Source of the DNA: Eledone cirrhosa
Taxonomy: Eukaryota
Length of the DNA: 64,000 nt
Direction of reading: 5' to 3'
Assembly: GCA_964016885.1 (NCBI GenBank)
Contig: OZ024742.1
Location: 119,474,001 to 119,538,000, forward strand
In this document: in pieces, positions 39,200-52,330 of the stretch
Layout: every line of letters starts with the position of its first letter
Numbering within the stretch: position 1 is the first letter of the stretch
Translations under genes and position numbers: made by a program
The notes under the pieces: model-generated
What the model was told of the DNA's origin: nothing
Database searches by the model: none
What the model saw: only the letters and a program-made list of their open reading frames with translations

Positions 39200-42100
39200 T
39201 AAGGTCATACGCCGAGTGACCAGGAGACCCGCATGGTTAAAGGATTTCGTCACATCCTATCAGCCTTCCTCCTCCGTCCCCCAACATCCCCGTCTCATTC
39301 CAAGAGACCTAACTCGTATCCCCCTATCTCTCCCCTCGCACCCCATCGTCGGATTCTGTCGGAATTAGTTCTAGTCATCCTCTCACCCACCCGACCACTC
39401 CCGTGACAATTAGCCTGTCTCCAACGTCACCTTCGCCCCAACTGAGTCCCGCTGTCAGAGTCAATGCTGACCACCCGGTTCCCCCTTCTATCTCTATCGT
39501 TAACCTACCCCCGACTGTCATCCTGCCATCTGAATCCCATTCTAAAGTCGACTCCTCAGATGTTGCCAATTCACCACCAAACTGCGCTCTCCTTTCCCGT
39601 ACCAGTCGATATCTAAAGACCCTCGAATCTCACTCCTGTCGCCTAAACTACCACAGGAGCTGCGTTGGCATTACTAAGGTTCAAATTGAAAGTTTTTCAA
39701 ACTGGACGTGTAACCAATGCCACTTCAGTTCGGATTCTCTTTGCAGGTCTAAACCTAACTCTGATGCTCAGATTTCTGTTGAAGACTTTGCCGATGTCCT
39801 TCGGGATTTGTTTAAGTTGAAACTCGTCAACAGGATCCTAAAGGGAGCTCGGTCCAGATTCGCCCGTGCTCTCTCCAAGCTGCTGAAGAATGTCTGCCTA
39901 TCAAACGACATCTTAAATTGGCAGAAACTATTCTTGTTCCCCTTAGTCTCTCTCCACGTGTCCAACGTGAAATCCGGATCTCTCACATCTTACCTAAAAC
40001 GACAGATTGAGTTGTTTGATTCAACCCAATTACTTCTCATCTCAGGCCGGCGATCAACTCATTTCCAATCAATGATCGATCGCCGAACTTGAAGAAGGCT
40101 GTTAATGCTAAATTCAATGAATTTGACATTTAAGGGGCTGTTTGCCTCCTCTCCTCCCTGTCATCCCTCGCCCAGTGCACTGCAGAGTCACTCAACCACT
40201 TACACTGGCCCGATCCACCAGGTCATTTGCAACCTGGCTGCACCCCAGATATCGTCAGGAAGGCGATAATATCCTTTCCAGTGGGTTCTGGTGTAGGGAT
40301 TGATGGTCTTCGACCTCAGCACCTCAAGGATGGTGTCCCCTTGTCGGTCGGAGATGGCGACCTTGAGCTCTTAGAGGACCTCACCCATTTCATCAAACTA
40401 TTCTCGTCCGAGAATGTCCTCACTTATATCCCCCTCCTGTTCTTTGGAGCTAAACTGTTTGGTCTCCCAAAGCACAACGGTGACCTCCTCCCCATAGCAG
40501 TTGGGTGCACTCTACGACGGCTCACTGCAAAGGTATGTCTGTCTTCGATTTCAGACAACATGTCCGCCGAATTTTCTCCTATTCAGCTAGGGGTGGGTAC
40601 CAAACTGGGTTGTGAGGCTGCCGCTCACGCCACCAGAGCATTTACCAACCTGCCTTCCGAAACCCCCAAGGTCATTCTCAAGTTGGATCTCAGGAATGCT
40701 TTTAATTCCATCAGTTGGGATGTCATCCTCCGTTCAGTAAAGGAGGGGGCCCGCAGCTTTATCACTTTTCTTGGCAAGCCGACCGGGAGCCCTCCTACCT
40801 CACCTTCGGTAATCATCTCCTTCTATCGGCTACAGGGATCCAAAAGGGGGGAAGCCGCTCGGACCTGCACTTTTCGCTCTGAGTATTGAATGTCTGGTAT
40901 CTAGATGATGCTTGATTGGGGGGTCCTCCAGACAAGGTCCTTGAAACTGCGAAGACGATGATTGAGGAGCTGGGCCGTAGGGGCCTTCACGCCAACATTT
41001 CCAAATGCAAGCTCTGGCTCCACAACCACCCAGCTTCACATCAAGAGACTGGACCTGTTCACAGAGTCTTTCACTTCCATCGCGGTTACACCCCCATCGG
41101 CACGGTGCTCCCTTGGGGCCCAAATTACTGACCAAACCTTCGAGTCCATCTTTCAATCTAAGTTGGCTAACCACAAGCAACTTAAAAAAAAACCCAAAGT
41201 CATTGAGCCTCACCAAGGTTTTTTCATTCTCTGGAATTATCTGTTAATCCCTAAGTTGTTGTATTTCCTTAGAGTTAGTCCCTCTTACAGATTCTCGTCG
41301 TCTCTCCAACGCTTCGACGATCTAATATTCAGTGAGCTCGAAGGTTTGGTCAATGTCCGTCTCTCTCTAGAGTCCCAACAACGGTTTGGAGGTTTTGGTC
41401 TGCATAAATGCTTATCTTTGTCTCTACCTTGCTTTCTTTCTTCCATCCATGCTTGCTCCTCTTTAGTAGACTAGTTTCACTAGGGAGATGGCTGAAGCTT
41501 TACTACAGTGGAGACAGATGGGTTTATCATTCCCAGTTACTGATGAGGATAGACGGAAGCAGAGAGTATGGGGCAATCTGCGTTTGATCTTTCCGATAAA
41601 TTTTGAAGGTGCCGCTTACTTTCTGCTAGCGTAAAGCTCTCGTGGGACTAGATTGATGCCCTGCCTGTGGCCAACATTGGTGGCCTTCTCAGACAGGACG
41701 AACTCCGCATCTCCATTTCACTTTGTGTGGGAGCCGACGCCTGTGGGAGTCTGAGATGCCGCTGTAGTAGGTCCCTCGACTACACAGGTTTACATGGTTT
41801 GTCCTGTCGCCTGAATGCTGGTCGTTTTGCCCGGCTCACCGAGCTAAACCTGATCATCAAACGGACCCTGGCTCGGGAAAATATCCCCACAGTTCTGGAG
41901 CCGGCTGGTTTATCCAGAAGTGATGGGAAGAGACCAGGCGGTTTTACCCTTTGTCACTGGGTGAGAGGTTGGTGTCTCATCTGGGACGTCTCAGTCAGTG
42001 ACTCTTTTGCCCCCTTCCACATCATGGATGTCGCGGTAAATATTGGGGTCACTGCTTCCGCCACCGAACGGAATAAAATTAGGAAATACCAGGACTTATC

Positions 42101-42560
42101 AAATAATTATTTTTTCCAGCCTGTGACATTCGAGACGTTTGGTGGAGTTGGGCCGCTGACGGCGAAGTTCTTGTCTTCACTGGTGGCTCACCTTACTGAG
42201 GTGTTAAGTGATGCCCGTGAGGGTGCCTGGTTATTTCAGCGCCTTAGCATCGCCGTCACCCGCGGTAATGTTGCGAGTGCGTTGGCTTGCCTGAAAGTGT
42301 ACATTTAACCCCTAAGGTATGAGTGAGGTGCGGCCGATTATCACACTTGGTGGTGAATTGCCCCGTCACTTTTCTTCCTTCTTTTTTTTCTTTCCTTTAT
42401 TATTTTTGTTCATGAATTTATATTATTGCGTTATTATACACGGTTTAGACATATTTGTTCTTCTGAACGAACTGCGAGCAATTTATAATGTTATTTATAC
42501 ATTTGTAATGTTATTTATGTATATGTTTAAAACATATTTGCAACTATAACATTTATATAA
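39200..42560 (+). mobile_element. CRE-clade non-LTR retrotransposon (N-terminal PHD remnant, RT, CCHC, restriction-like endonuclease); near full length, disrupted
   Basis: YHRSCVG...WTCNQC; GIDGLRPQHLKD; PIAVGCTLRRL; QLGVG..GCEA; KLDLRNAFNS; WYLDD; CRC...GLHGLSC; EPAGLSRSDGKRP.G.T...W..G..LIWD; FQRLSIAV.RGN. Confidence 0.85.
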
Positions 42561-43239
42561 CATCGACAGGTAGATACCAATGTACAAATAAATTTCTGAA
42601 ATTATTTAATTAAACATATTTCCATTGCACGGGGATACTCGCGTTTTCTATTAACTCTCTCTATATATAGTAATAAAATATTAACGATAACAAAATACTC
42701 ATAAATTGAAGTTTCTGAAGGGTTATTATTTCTTCACGTGCATTTGCTGTAATCTCTGGCAAAAATAAAATATTAATATGCAGTCTAGTTTTCCTCGTTG
42801 GTCATTATTTATCTCGATACAAATGTATTGGGGAAATCGCTAAACCAGCATCGATCACATGAACCATATATTGACAACACAACCGACACTATTTCAACCC
42901 AATACCATTCTACTAAAACCTAAAGTCGACAAATAACTTTAATTTAATTTTATTCAAATAGGTAATGATGTAATGAATGACCAGAATTTCCCCTAAACAA
43001 GGAAATTAATGATTTTCTATTAAATTAATCGTGATTTAACAGGCAGGTGATAAACAGGTGGTGAATTGCTGGAGGTACAGCTCCCCCTCCCCCCCACACA
43101 CACAAAAAAGAAATTGTTGTCGAAAAAATTGGTTTTGACAGAAAAGTTTTAAATTTTCAAAAAATATTATATACTTAGGTCGTTTATTTTAATTACAGAA
43201 AACATAATAAAATATGTACAATACAATAATTAATAAAGA

Positions 43240-43830
43240 ATTTGCATCACCAGTCTGGAACCCCTATCTTGCTCAGAACATTGACCGCTTGGAAACTGTT
43301 CAGAGACGTGCAACCAATCACATACCCACCATCAGGCATCTACTATACTCTGAACGCCTTGCTTCCCTGGGCATGGATACATTAAAGCTCCGACGTCTGG
43401 CAATTGACTTGGTAAACACCCACAAAATTATTAACCATCTTGCCAACAACAACCCTGAGCACCTTTTTGATTTCCATGTGTCTAACACACGTGGGCATGC
43501 CCACAAAGTAAGAAAACAGCACAGCTCGCATGAGTTTCGGAAAGATTTTTTCACGCTCAGAGTTACTGAAGCATGGAACAAACTACCTGCAACAGTTATT
43601 AGCTGTCGAGACACTGCATCCTTTAAAACCTCCATGCTTCCTGAGATACACCAACACTATACCTGATATCCCCGCCATACACACGCACATATGTATATCA
43701 TGACTCATACACTGTTCATTTTCCTGATATTTGTACATTATTATATGTACTATACATGCACCTTTGATGAGTTGTAGTGTACCTGAGCACTGTACACAAG
43801 AATTTCATTATTATTATTATTATTATTATT
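43240..43830 (+). mobile_element. CR1-like LINE 3' fragment
   Basis: EFASPVWNPYLAQNIDRLETVQRRAT...FFTLRVTEAWNKLP; (TAT)n tail. Confidence 0.85.
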
Positions 43831-43834
43831 ATAA

Positions 43835-44935
43835 TAATGCTTTCTTTATTAACCACAAGAGTTTACATAAAGTAAACATTAAGGACAGTACAGGACAATA
43901 CAGGACGGTACAAATGGGCATTTCTGCGTGTAAAAAAAAACAGAGGATGTAATAAAAAATAACAATGAAAAATTCCCCAATAGGGGGGAGACTTCCGAGG
44001 GACTTTCGTGGAGAAAGCCCATTAAAAGCCCACAGAGACCCTGACCACCAGGGCAAGTGCCCTCTCCCAGTTTTCCACCTTTAATTTACAGACACATACT
44101 CAGAGTAGGCCCATTCACTCAGGCCATACTTGCTTCTCTCACCCATCTTTCAACAAAATGCTGGGAAGAGAGCACTTCCCTCTCTACCCTGATTTTCCTT
44201 TTCAAATGAAATTTGAAAAAGTTAATCAGGGCATCACCGAAGAGGTAAGTGCTCGTCTTCAGCCCTTTCAAACGTGTCCACCATACTATCTCTTTCGCCA
44301 TGGCCACCAGACAGATAAAAACTGCCTGCCCTTCCCGGCTAAAGGAGGAGGGCGGGGCAATCCTCACGATGGACTCAGCTGATAGCCGGATCCGTCCCAC
44401 ACGTGACAGCAGGTGTTCGACATAAACCCACAAGTCAGCAATGCTCGGACACTGGACGAGTGCGTGCAGGACGGTTTCGTCACCCTGCGCGCATCTCGGA
44501 CATGCCCGGCTGACGGCACCTCCATGCCTGTAGAGTTTATCCCGAACTGGCAAAGCTCCTCGGTAGCACTGCAAGGCCAGGGATTTCTGGAAATTGTCCA
44601 TAGGCCCCGGCCCGAAAGTCCTTCCGAAGAGATTGGCTAGTTGATTTTCGTCGACGCCTAGAGTTTCTCCAAGTACGTCATCGTTCTTCCCCTCCACTAA
44701 TCCTCTATAGAACGCCAAGGTGGAGTTTCCACCGATCACATTGCCCGATTGGTCGAGGGCTGTGAGCGCCTGAAGACATTCCAGTCTCCAAGCGCTCCCT
44801 CTCGGTCTTCGCTTGACCCAGGACTGCAGCTCCGTCAAGGAGACGAGCTGGGGAAAGACGCGTCTAGCAAACGGCGACCACACCTGATCACCGTCGAGGA
44901 AGAGGTGGATATGTCGTAGCTTGAGCGCGTGTCTG
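43835..44935 (-). mobile_element. Tx1/L1-clade LINE 3' fragment
   Basis: Near-identical reverse complement of ~31212-32325. Confidence 0.9.
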
Positions 44936-45178
44936 AATAATAATGATTGACGTTGCATAAACATTTTTGTCGGAAATTTATGAACGTCTGCACTCCCCCA
45001 AATGATACAAGCAATACACTTATGGTGATAGATATCGGCCTTAGTCCTCATTAGTTTTCTCAAATCTGCTTGATCAGTGTACACATTTTTATGAATAGTA
45101 AAGGAATTATGAACAATTTCTTTATCGTACTAAAGGGGAAATTTCAAATTCTTGAATAGTGTTTAGTGCACGGCGTTC

Positions 45179-45373
45179 CAGACTTGCCAACCTCTAAAAA
45201 CCCAAACGAGGAGTACCATGAAAACAAGTGCCCTAAAACAGGGAGAAATGAGGCAAACTAGGGAGATTTTACATAATGAAAGCTATACTCATTTTTACAC
45301 GAGAAAACATCTCTTACCCACCCGAAAGTGAGTGGGAGATCTCCCCGTCGGACGGGGAGAGTTGACAGGTCTG
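45179..45373. mobile_element. MITE with CAGAC[CT]TG[CT]CAAC termini
   Basis: cagacttgccaac / gttgacaggtctg; flanks gcgttc / tcgttc. Confidence 0.55.
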
Positions 45374-46623
45374 TCGTTCAGTACAACATCAGACTGGCTG
45401 ATTATTTGGTTAGTTGTTTAGTTACAGGATACCTCTGATTGAACAGACAGTTGATGGAAATGCTTCCCCGCTATTACCATACCATCTATTTAGAAAAATC
45501 TAGGTCTACGTTATCCAATATGCCTATTTGTTATTTAATGACAGTAAAGTGTAATTTGAGGAACATTTGTTTTCTATTTCTAGCAGATAGAAAATGCACA
45601 TAGAGTCTCTTCTGTTTGGTCAAAGAGAAGCAGGAAATATTCGTAAGGCTCAAGATTGAAATAAGAAAACTAACTTTTCAGTTGTTCAGTGCGTTTTATT
45701 CACTGTTGAACCACGTGAATAAATTATTGGTGTAACCACCACCTTTTGTGAAGAACCTATTCGTCATGCTTTTATTATTGGCCGGCATTCCTATTCTGCT
45801 TCACAAAGGTTGTTAAAAAACAACATTTAATGAAGAAGTCAATAAAACTTTACTCTCTTCTCTCTCCCCCTCCCTCCCTCTCTCCTCTCACACTATATCT
45901 CTTTTCTATTTGTTCTGTCTTCTCTTTATTCTTTTTCTTTCAACTAAAATATTTCTTTAAAAAGTGGGCATGTTTGAACCCATTATGTTACTGACGTTTT
46001 TAAATGCCGTTTCTTTAAAATAAGGGGAATTCTAAAGATGAATATTCAATTGCAGTTGAGAAGAATAATCCAAAAATCTATGGAAACACATTTGTATTTT
46101 GGAGGGAACGGCACATGGAATAAAAGACATATAACATTAGCTAAATTAATAATTTTAAAATACAATCCAAACGTGTCGTTCAGTGAAAGGCAAGTTTCCT
46201 CTAGTTAACAATTTAATAAATTTTGTAAACCTTCGCCTAAACATGTTATTGATTATAATAAACAGGTCACACTTTTTCTCATGTCAATGGAGAAGCAGTA
46301 AAGGTCACTGATTCGTACCATAGCATCAGCTTTGTTTCGGGTGAATGGGCAAAATATTTAAATCTTATATCATTGTGCAAAGGGAAAAAGTGAAAGAAAT
46401 GAAAGTGGATTCGGTATTCATTAACACATATACAGGCGGCATTGTTTAATTCATCTTCAAGTTGTATATTAAGTGTTGTTGTTATAGGAATTGAAACACA
46501 GTTTCAAAGTAGTATATCTCCAGCAAAAAATACATTAGGTGATCGGTACAATTTCATAAGAGATATATATGACGGCTCCTGCAAATTCATCCACAACAAT
46601 TCGATAAATTGAATGATGTAGTC

Positions 46624-46921
46624 CAGGGGTGTGCAACATATAACATTGGCGGGCCACTTGAACATTGGAACAACTATTAGGGCCATTAGTATATTAAGCA
46701 CTATTCCAAAGATTCACCACAACTTCTTTCCATAACATGGAACTGGGAAATTATAACACACATAACCCTATCAGTGAAGCCTATCAGAAAATTGTATTAT
46801 GGTTACGAAAAAAATTCTAAATAAGCCTACAAGGTAAAAATTAAAAACGGTCATCGCGGGCCAGTCTGACTGGTCTGGTGGGCTGGATTGTGGCCCGCGG
46901 GCCGCCTGTTGCACGCCCCTG
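46624..46921. mobile_element. hAT/Charlie-like MITE
   Basis: TIRs caggggtgtgcaac / gttgcacgcccctg, subterminal ggcccgcgggcc, degenerate 8-bp TSD (atgtagtc/ctgtagaa). Confidence 0.75.
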
Positions 46922-47159
46922 CTGTAGAATTTTCTATTATCATGAACATTGATAAATTGAAATATATGTAACAGAAATATTATATATTTCCTTGTAAAAA
47001 TAAATGTAAGATTTTATTTTAAATATCTTCTTCGTGAGTCATCCCTCCATCATAAGTAAAACATTGCCTTTTTCTAATTGATAGAATATATGCGACTCAG
47101 CACTCCTGCATACTCATAGAGTTCTCCACTAACTGGAGCTGTTGTGCCAGTCCAATGTC

Positions 47160-48350
47160 GAATACAATACATGAAAATTCCAACTGTATCTTCCTTGCTT
47201 TTACTGATGTAAATTTGTGTAATATGTGGTCAAAGTTAGTTTTTACAGCTTGTTCTTTTTTACACTCAGAAGAGCAAGATCACCGAGTCTGACTTGATCC
47301 ATCATCTGCGAAGCCACTAGTGTTTACAATGCCGAGGTCTCATAGTAAGCAGTAGTTCATGCGGTGACCATCAATTTAATTAGATGACTTTAAATATAAG
47401 TAGATTGTACGCATTGTTTCTTTTTATGTTATATAAAAATATGAAGTTTCATAGTTTTGCACAAAGTATATCTTAGTAATTGTTATTAAATTGTGATTCC
47501 ATTTCCACAATGATCTTATCCAGACTGAAATAATAGGTAGATAAGCAATGAAATTCTTTGGCAGTTTTATCTACTTGTTCTTCCGTCGCTGACTCAGTAA
47601 CCAGCGCTTACATTCAACGAGTTACCTTTTTTCTCTGTGGAAATCTTGCTTCCTTAAACGAGAATCGCGCACCTTTAGAGACGTAACTAGAGAAAATAAC
47701 AGCTATAGCAGTGAAATTGCGCCCCTGTCCAAACATCTGACACTTATCTTTCAGATAACCATAAAATCAGCTCAGAAATACCAATGGCGTTCGTTAAGTT
47801 TTTAATTGAAAACAATACATGACAATTCCAACTGTATCTTCCTTGCTTTTACTGATGTAAATCTGTCTTATATGTGGTCAAAGTTAGCTTTTTCAACTTG
47901 TTCTTTTTCTACACTAAAGAGAGCAAGATCACCAAGTTTGACTTGATCCACATAAGCTCTCAAATAGGATAGGATATGATAAGTTTCAACTTACTGACTG
48001 ATTTCTCGCAGCGGACAATGGAAACTGCATTATTTAAAATAGCAATGCGAGGCTCTTGTGGTTTTGATATTTTGACGTTGACACGATTCGACCATAACAT
48101 TCAACAATCCCAACTTTCTTCATATAGCTGTTGTCCATCACACATCTGAAGATGCTTCTTCTTTCGCTCTCCAGCGATAGCTTATCTGACTTTAATAGAA
48201 AGTACTCCTAGTCCAAGTGGCGCCCGTGACACGTGCCATGCTTGTCATACCATAGTTACGCCTCTTAGATGATTTATTTGATAGTTTCACCTAACTTTTC
48301 ATCGAATCTCCAAACACTTAGAAACAACATTACTTCTACAGTTAGTAATA
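47160..48350 (-). pseudogene. hAT transposase fossil; C-terminal dimerization segment duplicated (47164-47301 / 47812-47950)
   Basis: Minus strand reads AVSIVRCEKSVSKLKLIISY / DQVKLGDLALFSVEKEQVEKANFDHI*DRFTSVKARKIQL, matching the hATC consensus S.ERSFS.LK.I...LR...Q.RL..LA.LSIE. Confidence 0.75.
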
Positions 48351-49039
48351 ATTTACTTAGCCGCTGAAGCTGTTTTAGTTGTTACTAGCAGCAGGACCCA
48401 GCGTTGCACGGGGTAGGAAACGTGAAATAGCAACACGCGTATGCAAAGATTGTGGAATGTAGCTGTGTTCTTTTTGAATTCCCTTATTCTCAGGCAATGA
48501 TTGAGGAGCGACGTAGTCAATTGCGTGAAAACCAAGTAGGGATGTATGTTTAAGTAGGGATATTGAGGTGACGAAATCAGCGTGGCAACGCAGCTGCAGC
48601 AGAAGGGGGTCATAGTGCAATTAGCACAAACGCTGGGAGGCACTGGTTGCACTGCGTTTACACAGCAACAAGGGTGCGACAAAAGGGGTCACCGCGGAAT
48701 TAGCACAACCGCTGTTCAGCGTACTTGCGCAGGGCGTTCATACTGCGGTGTAGGTGCAACAAAAGGGATCTTAGTAGAAGTAGCACAGACGTGAGTATTA
48801 CGTTGTCAATAACATGGCAACGTACACAGGGCCCGGATTTGCGCGTGATGAAAGCACGAAGCGTCAACAGGGCGCCGACAAAAATTTTAAGGTCCTCCTC
48901 ATTTCCTCAATCCCTCGAAAATGTAACTGCTTAAAAGTAAGTAAGTGTTGTGCCCTCTGTTAAATAAACCAAATGTTTAACGAAATATTATACGCTATTT
49001 ACGATGTTTAAGTAGCGTTTAGATTGAAAATGAAAATGG

Positions 49040-49326
49040 CATGTAATGCCCAATGTTAATTCGTAAATTTCCTAGAAACCATTAATGGAATCGGAATGCG
49101 AGGGGACTAACTAATGTGTGCTGCAAATTTCGAGGAAATCGGCTGGATTATCTTTAAGTTACGCCTCAAAAAAGCCGTAGGGCAGAAAAAGTTAATTTTT
49201 TTTAGCCCATTGCACTTCAAGAAATATAAATAACGCATGTGTAAAGTTTGAAAAAGATCGGTCGGGTACTTCTCAAGTTTTAGGGATTTACACAGACAGA
49301 CATCCTCTGTTTTATATATATAGAGA
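49040..49326 (+). mobile_element. Possible Helentron/HINE-like non-autonomous element 3' part
   Basis: Repeated aaatttc/aagtttg...atcgg blocks followed by acagacagac...ttttatatatatagag. Confidence 0.35.
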
Positions 49327-49845
49327 TAACATCTACAGTCTTTCCTTGGACGTATTCGGTGTGGCTGTTTGTGTTTGACAGTAATATTTTGAGTACAACC
49401 AATCCAATAAAAAAGTTAAAATCGCACATGGAATACGATAATGCCCGGCTCTCCGTATATGTTTTGAGGTCCTGATCAACATCTTTACGACATGAGATAA
49501 TTATTTTACTACAGCTTTTACTCCTTCATATTTACAAGACCACCTTGTTACACTTGGGACTATAAGTGTCCATAAGAAACTTGTAGAGGTTCTGGATAGT
49601 TCCTAAGGCATTGTGGAGTGGTTCTGTGCCTGTCATTGTATCTTGGATAGTAAGATTTAGTGGGTACTATTAACAATGGAACATGATAGCAAGTAGGAAA
49701 ACACTGTTTTATTCTTGGCGATAAGCCTGAATGAAAACTGTTCACATTTTATATTAACTCATAGAGAATACTACCTTTAGTACAATGGGTTACATGAAAT
49801 ACAATGACTCCACGATTTCTCTTTTCGTGATGAACCTGAAGTATA

Positions 49846-50013
49846 TTGTTTCTACTTTTGGCACAAGGCCAGCAATTATCCAGTACATTACTGGTACTTT
49901 ATTTTATCGACCCCATAAGGATGAAATGCAAAGTTAACCTCGACAGGATTTGAACTCAGACCGTAAAGGGACGTAACTATGCTAGAAAGCATGGCGCCCA
50001 ACCCAATACTGCC
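49846..50013 (-). mobile_element. SINE (same family as 12989)
   Basis: Reverse-complement copy. Confidence 0.8.
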
Positions 50014-50699
50014 TTGCTACTTACTATTAACCCCACTGGCGTCCGGCATTACATCCACTATAAATATAATATATAACCTGAACAGAATTTCACATAATTT
50101 ATTGAGCTTCATAAACCAATCTCGGCTAGTGTATGAAGAATTTCGTTTTGGACAATAGATATTTTGGGCAGCGTGTGTGAATCTAACTTATTTTTCACTC
50201 TTTCTCTTTGTTAAGTAATATCCTTGGACGGAAGATGTAGAAGTTCCAAAACGTTTCCGTGGTTAATGTTTAAACTACTGCAGTTCTCGACGTGACATTG
50301 CTGAACTGTTTTATTGTACAACGTACAATAGCGTTTCAACAATAATTTTAAATAAAGTAGTCTCGGTTCAACGCTACTTGCTGATAATGTACAGTATTTT
50401 GTTTGTCTAGCACTAACATTTTGGCATTGTGCTTGTTCAATAGTCTGTCCACATGAGTTGACGATGACGCGCACTTTTCGCATGCTTTCTAAGCTAATTT
50501 GTATTTTGCTAGTTTTCAAAAGTAAAAGTATTGCTAGGCATTGACACTTAACAAGAGTAACACTAAGTACGTCGTTTGTCAATGTCATGACTAAGCAAAG
50601 GATAAAGTTTAAGCCATTCACTATAAAAATCTCTTAAACTAAACTCCTTACCAAATTTCTTTGGTTTATTATATGGTATTAACATTGATTAGTTTGTTC

Positions 50700-51190
50700 C
50701 AGTTTCAGTGCAGTTGTCCTGCAAAGAGTCACATACACTTCATCGCCATATTCGTCACTTAAATATTTTCAGTTTTTAGGAAGAACCAATCGCCTAAGTT
50801 CACAACGGCATCCGGTGCGAAGAGGAAGCGGCTGGACAAACCCCAATATTTGTCTTCTTTTCCTCTACATTGCGGGCCGCAGTACCTGGATTTGTGGTCG
50901 AAGCGACTAAGTTTGAGGTGGAGAACGTGTCGCAACATGTGGCGTTCAAGATGAGGAATCTACCTCCTTCGAGTGGGAAGAGAGTAATTCCCTCGGGGCG
51001 CTTGTCGTCTCCGCGGTCGAGACCTACTGGATCCAATTGTGATGGGAAGCCAGCTGCATCCGGACTTCTTCTCCGTATGTCGTTGAGAACGGCATGTTGG
51101 GGGAACCGGTCTTAGCTCTGGCGGCAAGACATGGGTGCAGGTCGAACTTGACTACGACCTCACCGAAACTGCATTTATGTCGTTGAAATG
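50700..51190 (-). mobile_element. CRE-clade LINE endonuclease fragment
   Basis: DPVGLDRGDDKRPEGITLFP..GGRFLI.NATCCDTFS.SNL. Confidence 0.75.
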
Positions 51191-51894
51191 TACGGGTATT
51201 CTAGCAATAGTCGTGAGTGGTTGGTGAGTATTGGTAGTGTTAGCTGGACGCGTGTGTGGGGTCAACTGCTCCTGCGCGTAGCGGTCAGTGAGTGTGTGTG
51301 TGTTCATGTGCAATTACGGAGGGGTGTTAGTGTATCCATTAGCAGGTATATCAGTGGGTGTGCTGGTGAAAGTGTTCATGTGTTGTACATACACACATAT
51401 ATAATTAAAAAACGAAGCTTATTGAATAGAATGGACACAGCTTCTATCGTTTCCTCAATAATTTAATTAAGTCGGTATTATTAAAATTAGAACCCAACCG
51501 ATTAGAGTGTATATACACATTAATCAATGAGGAAGACGACTTTGTGTGGGGAGGAAAATTGAGATTCTTGTGTGGGTAAGAATATGCAGGTGTGTGTGGT
51601 GGAGAAGTTATTGTTACTTGGTGAATTGTAATAGGTGGAAGAGGTGCGAGTATTTGGGCCGTATTGTTCGTGATGGTGGGATTAGTGAGTATTAGCAGTG
51701 TTAGCTGGCTGTATGGTCAGCTGTGCGTGCATAGATGGTCGGTGTGAGTATGTTTGTGCGTAAGCACGAATGTTCATGTGCAGTCACAGAGGTATATACA
51801 TATATATATATAGTAATAATAATAAATTTGAAGACTAAAATCCAAAGAGGGCTCGATAAGGATAAATATATATCAAATATATAAGAACCGTAGA

Positions 51895-52330
51895 GCAAAT
51901 ATTTATTAAAATAACAGATTAAAGTTTAAGCAAAGAATCGCTGCTTTCACCCTTAACGGGATCTTCTGAAACTAACAAAGTCAATCTGTAAACGCAGAAG
52001 TGGATATTTCAAAAAACGTTGCAACCGGAGGAAGACAGGAAGACGATACTTTGGTTCGTGGTAACGTTCGCTGGCAAAGAACGGGAAAAAACGAATATAA
52101 TACGTCATTAATAGGAGCGGTGAAAAACAATTACGCGCAAAGACAGAACCACGTTTATGGTATAAAAGAGGTCGTAGACTAATGTTCTCTTAGGTGGTTC
52201 ATAGAGACGTTCTCTGGCAATGAACGAAAAAAAAACGAAGATAATACGTCATATGTGGAGCGTGGAGAACAAAACGCAAAGACAAAACCACGTAAATGGT
52301 ATAGCAGAAGTCGTAGACTAAAATTCTAAC
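51895..52330. repeat. Unclassified repeat; 51895-52058 duplicated at 53630-53790; internal ~135-bp tandem dimer 52055-52330
   Basis: Direct sequence match atttattaaaataacagatt...gatactttggttcgt; two diverged units ending gtcgtagactaa. Confidence 0.7.

Noticed and set aside
47164-47950. ~137-bp direct repeats resembling TRIM/LTR termini
   Set aside because: The repeat translates as the hAT transposase C-terminus; no PBS/PPT seen.
51930-51975. HHR-like CAGAAGA-UCCC/GGGU-GAAA on the minus strand (also ~53665-53705)
   Set aside because: Core U4 is absent in both copies and no UH site or stem I pairing could be built.
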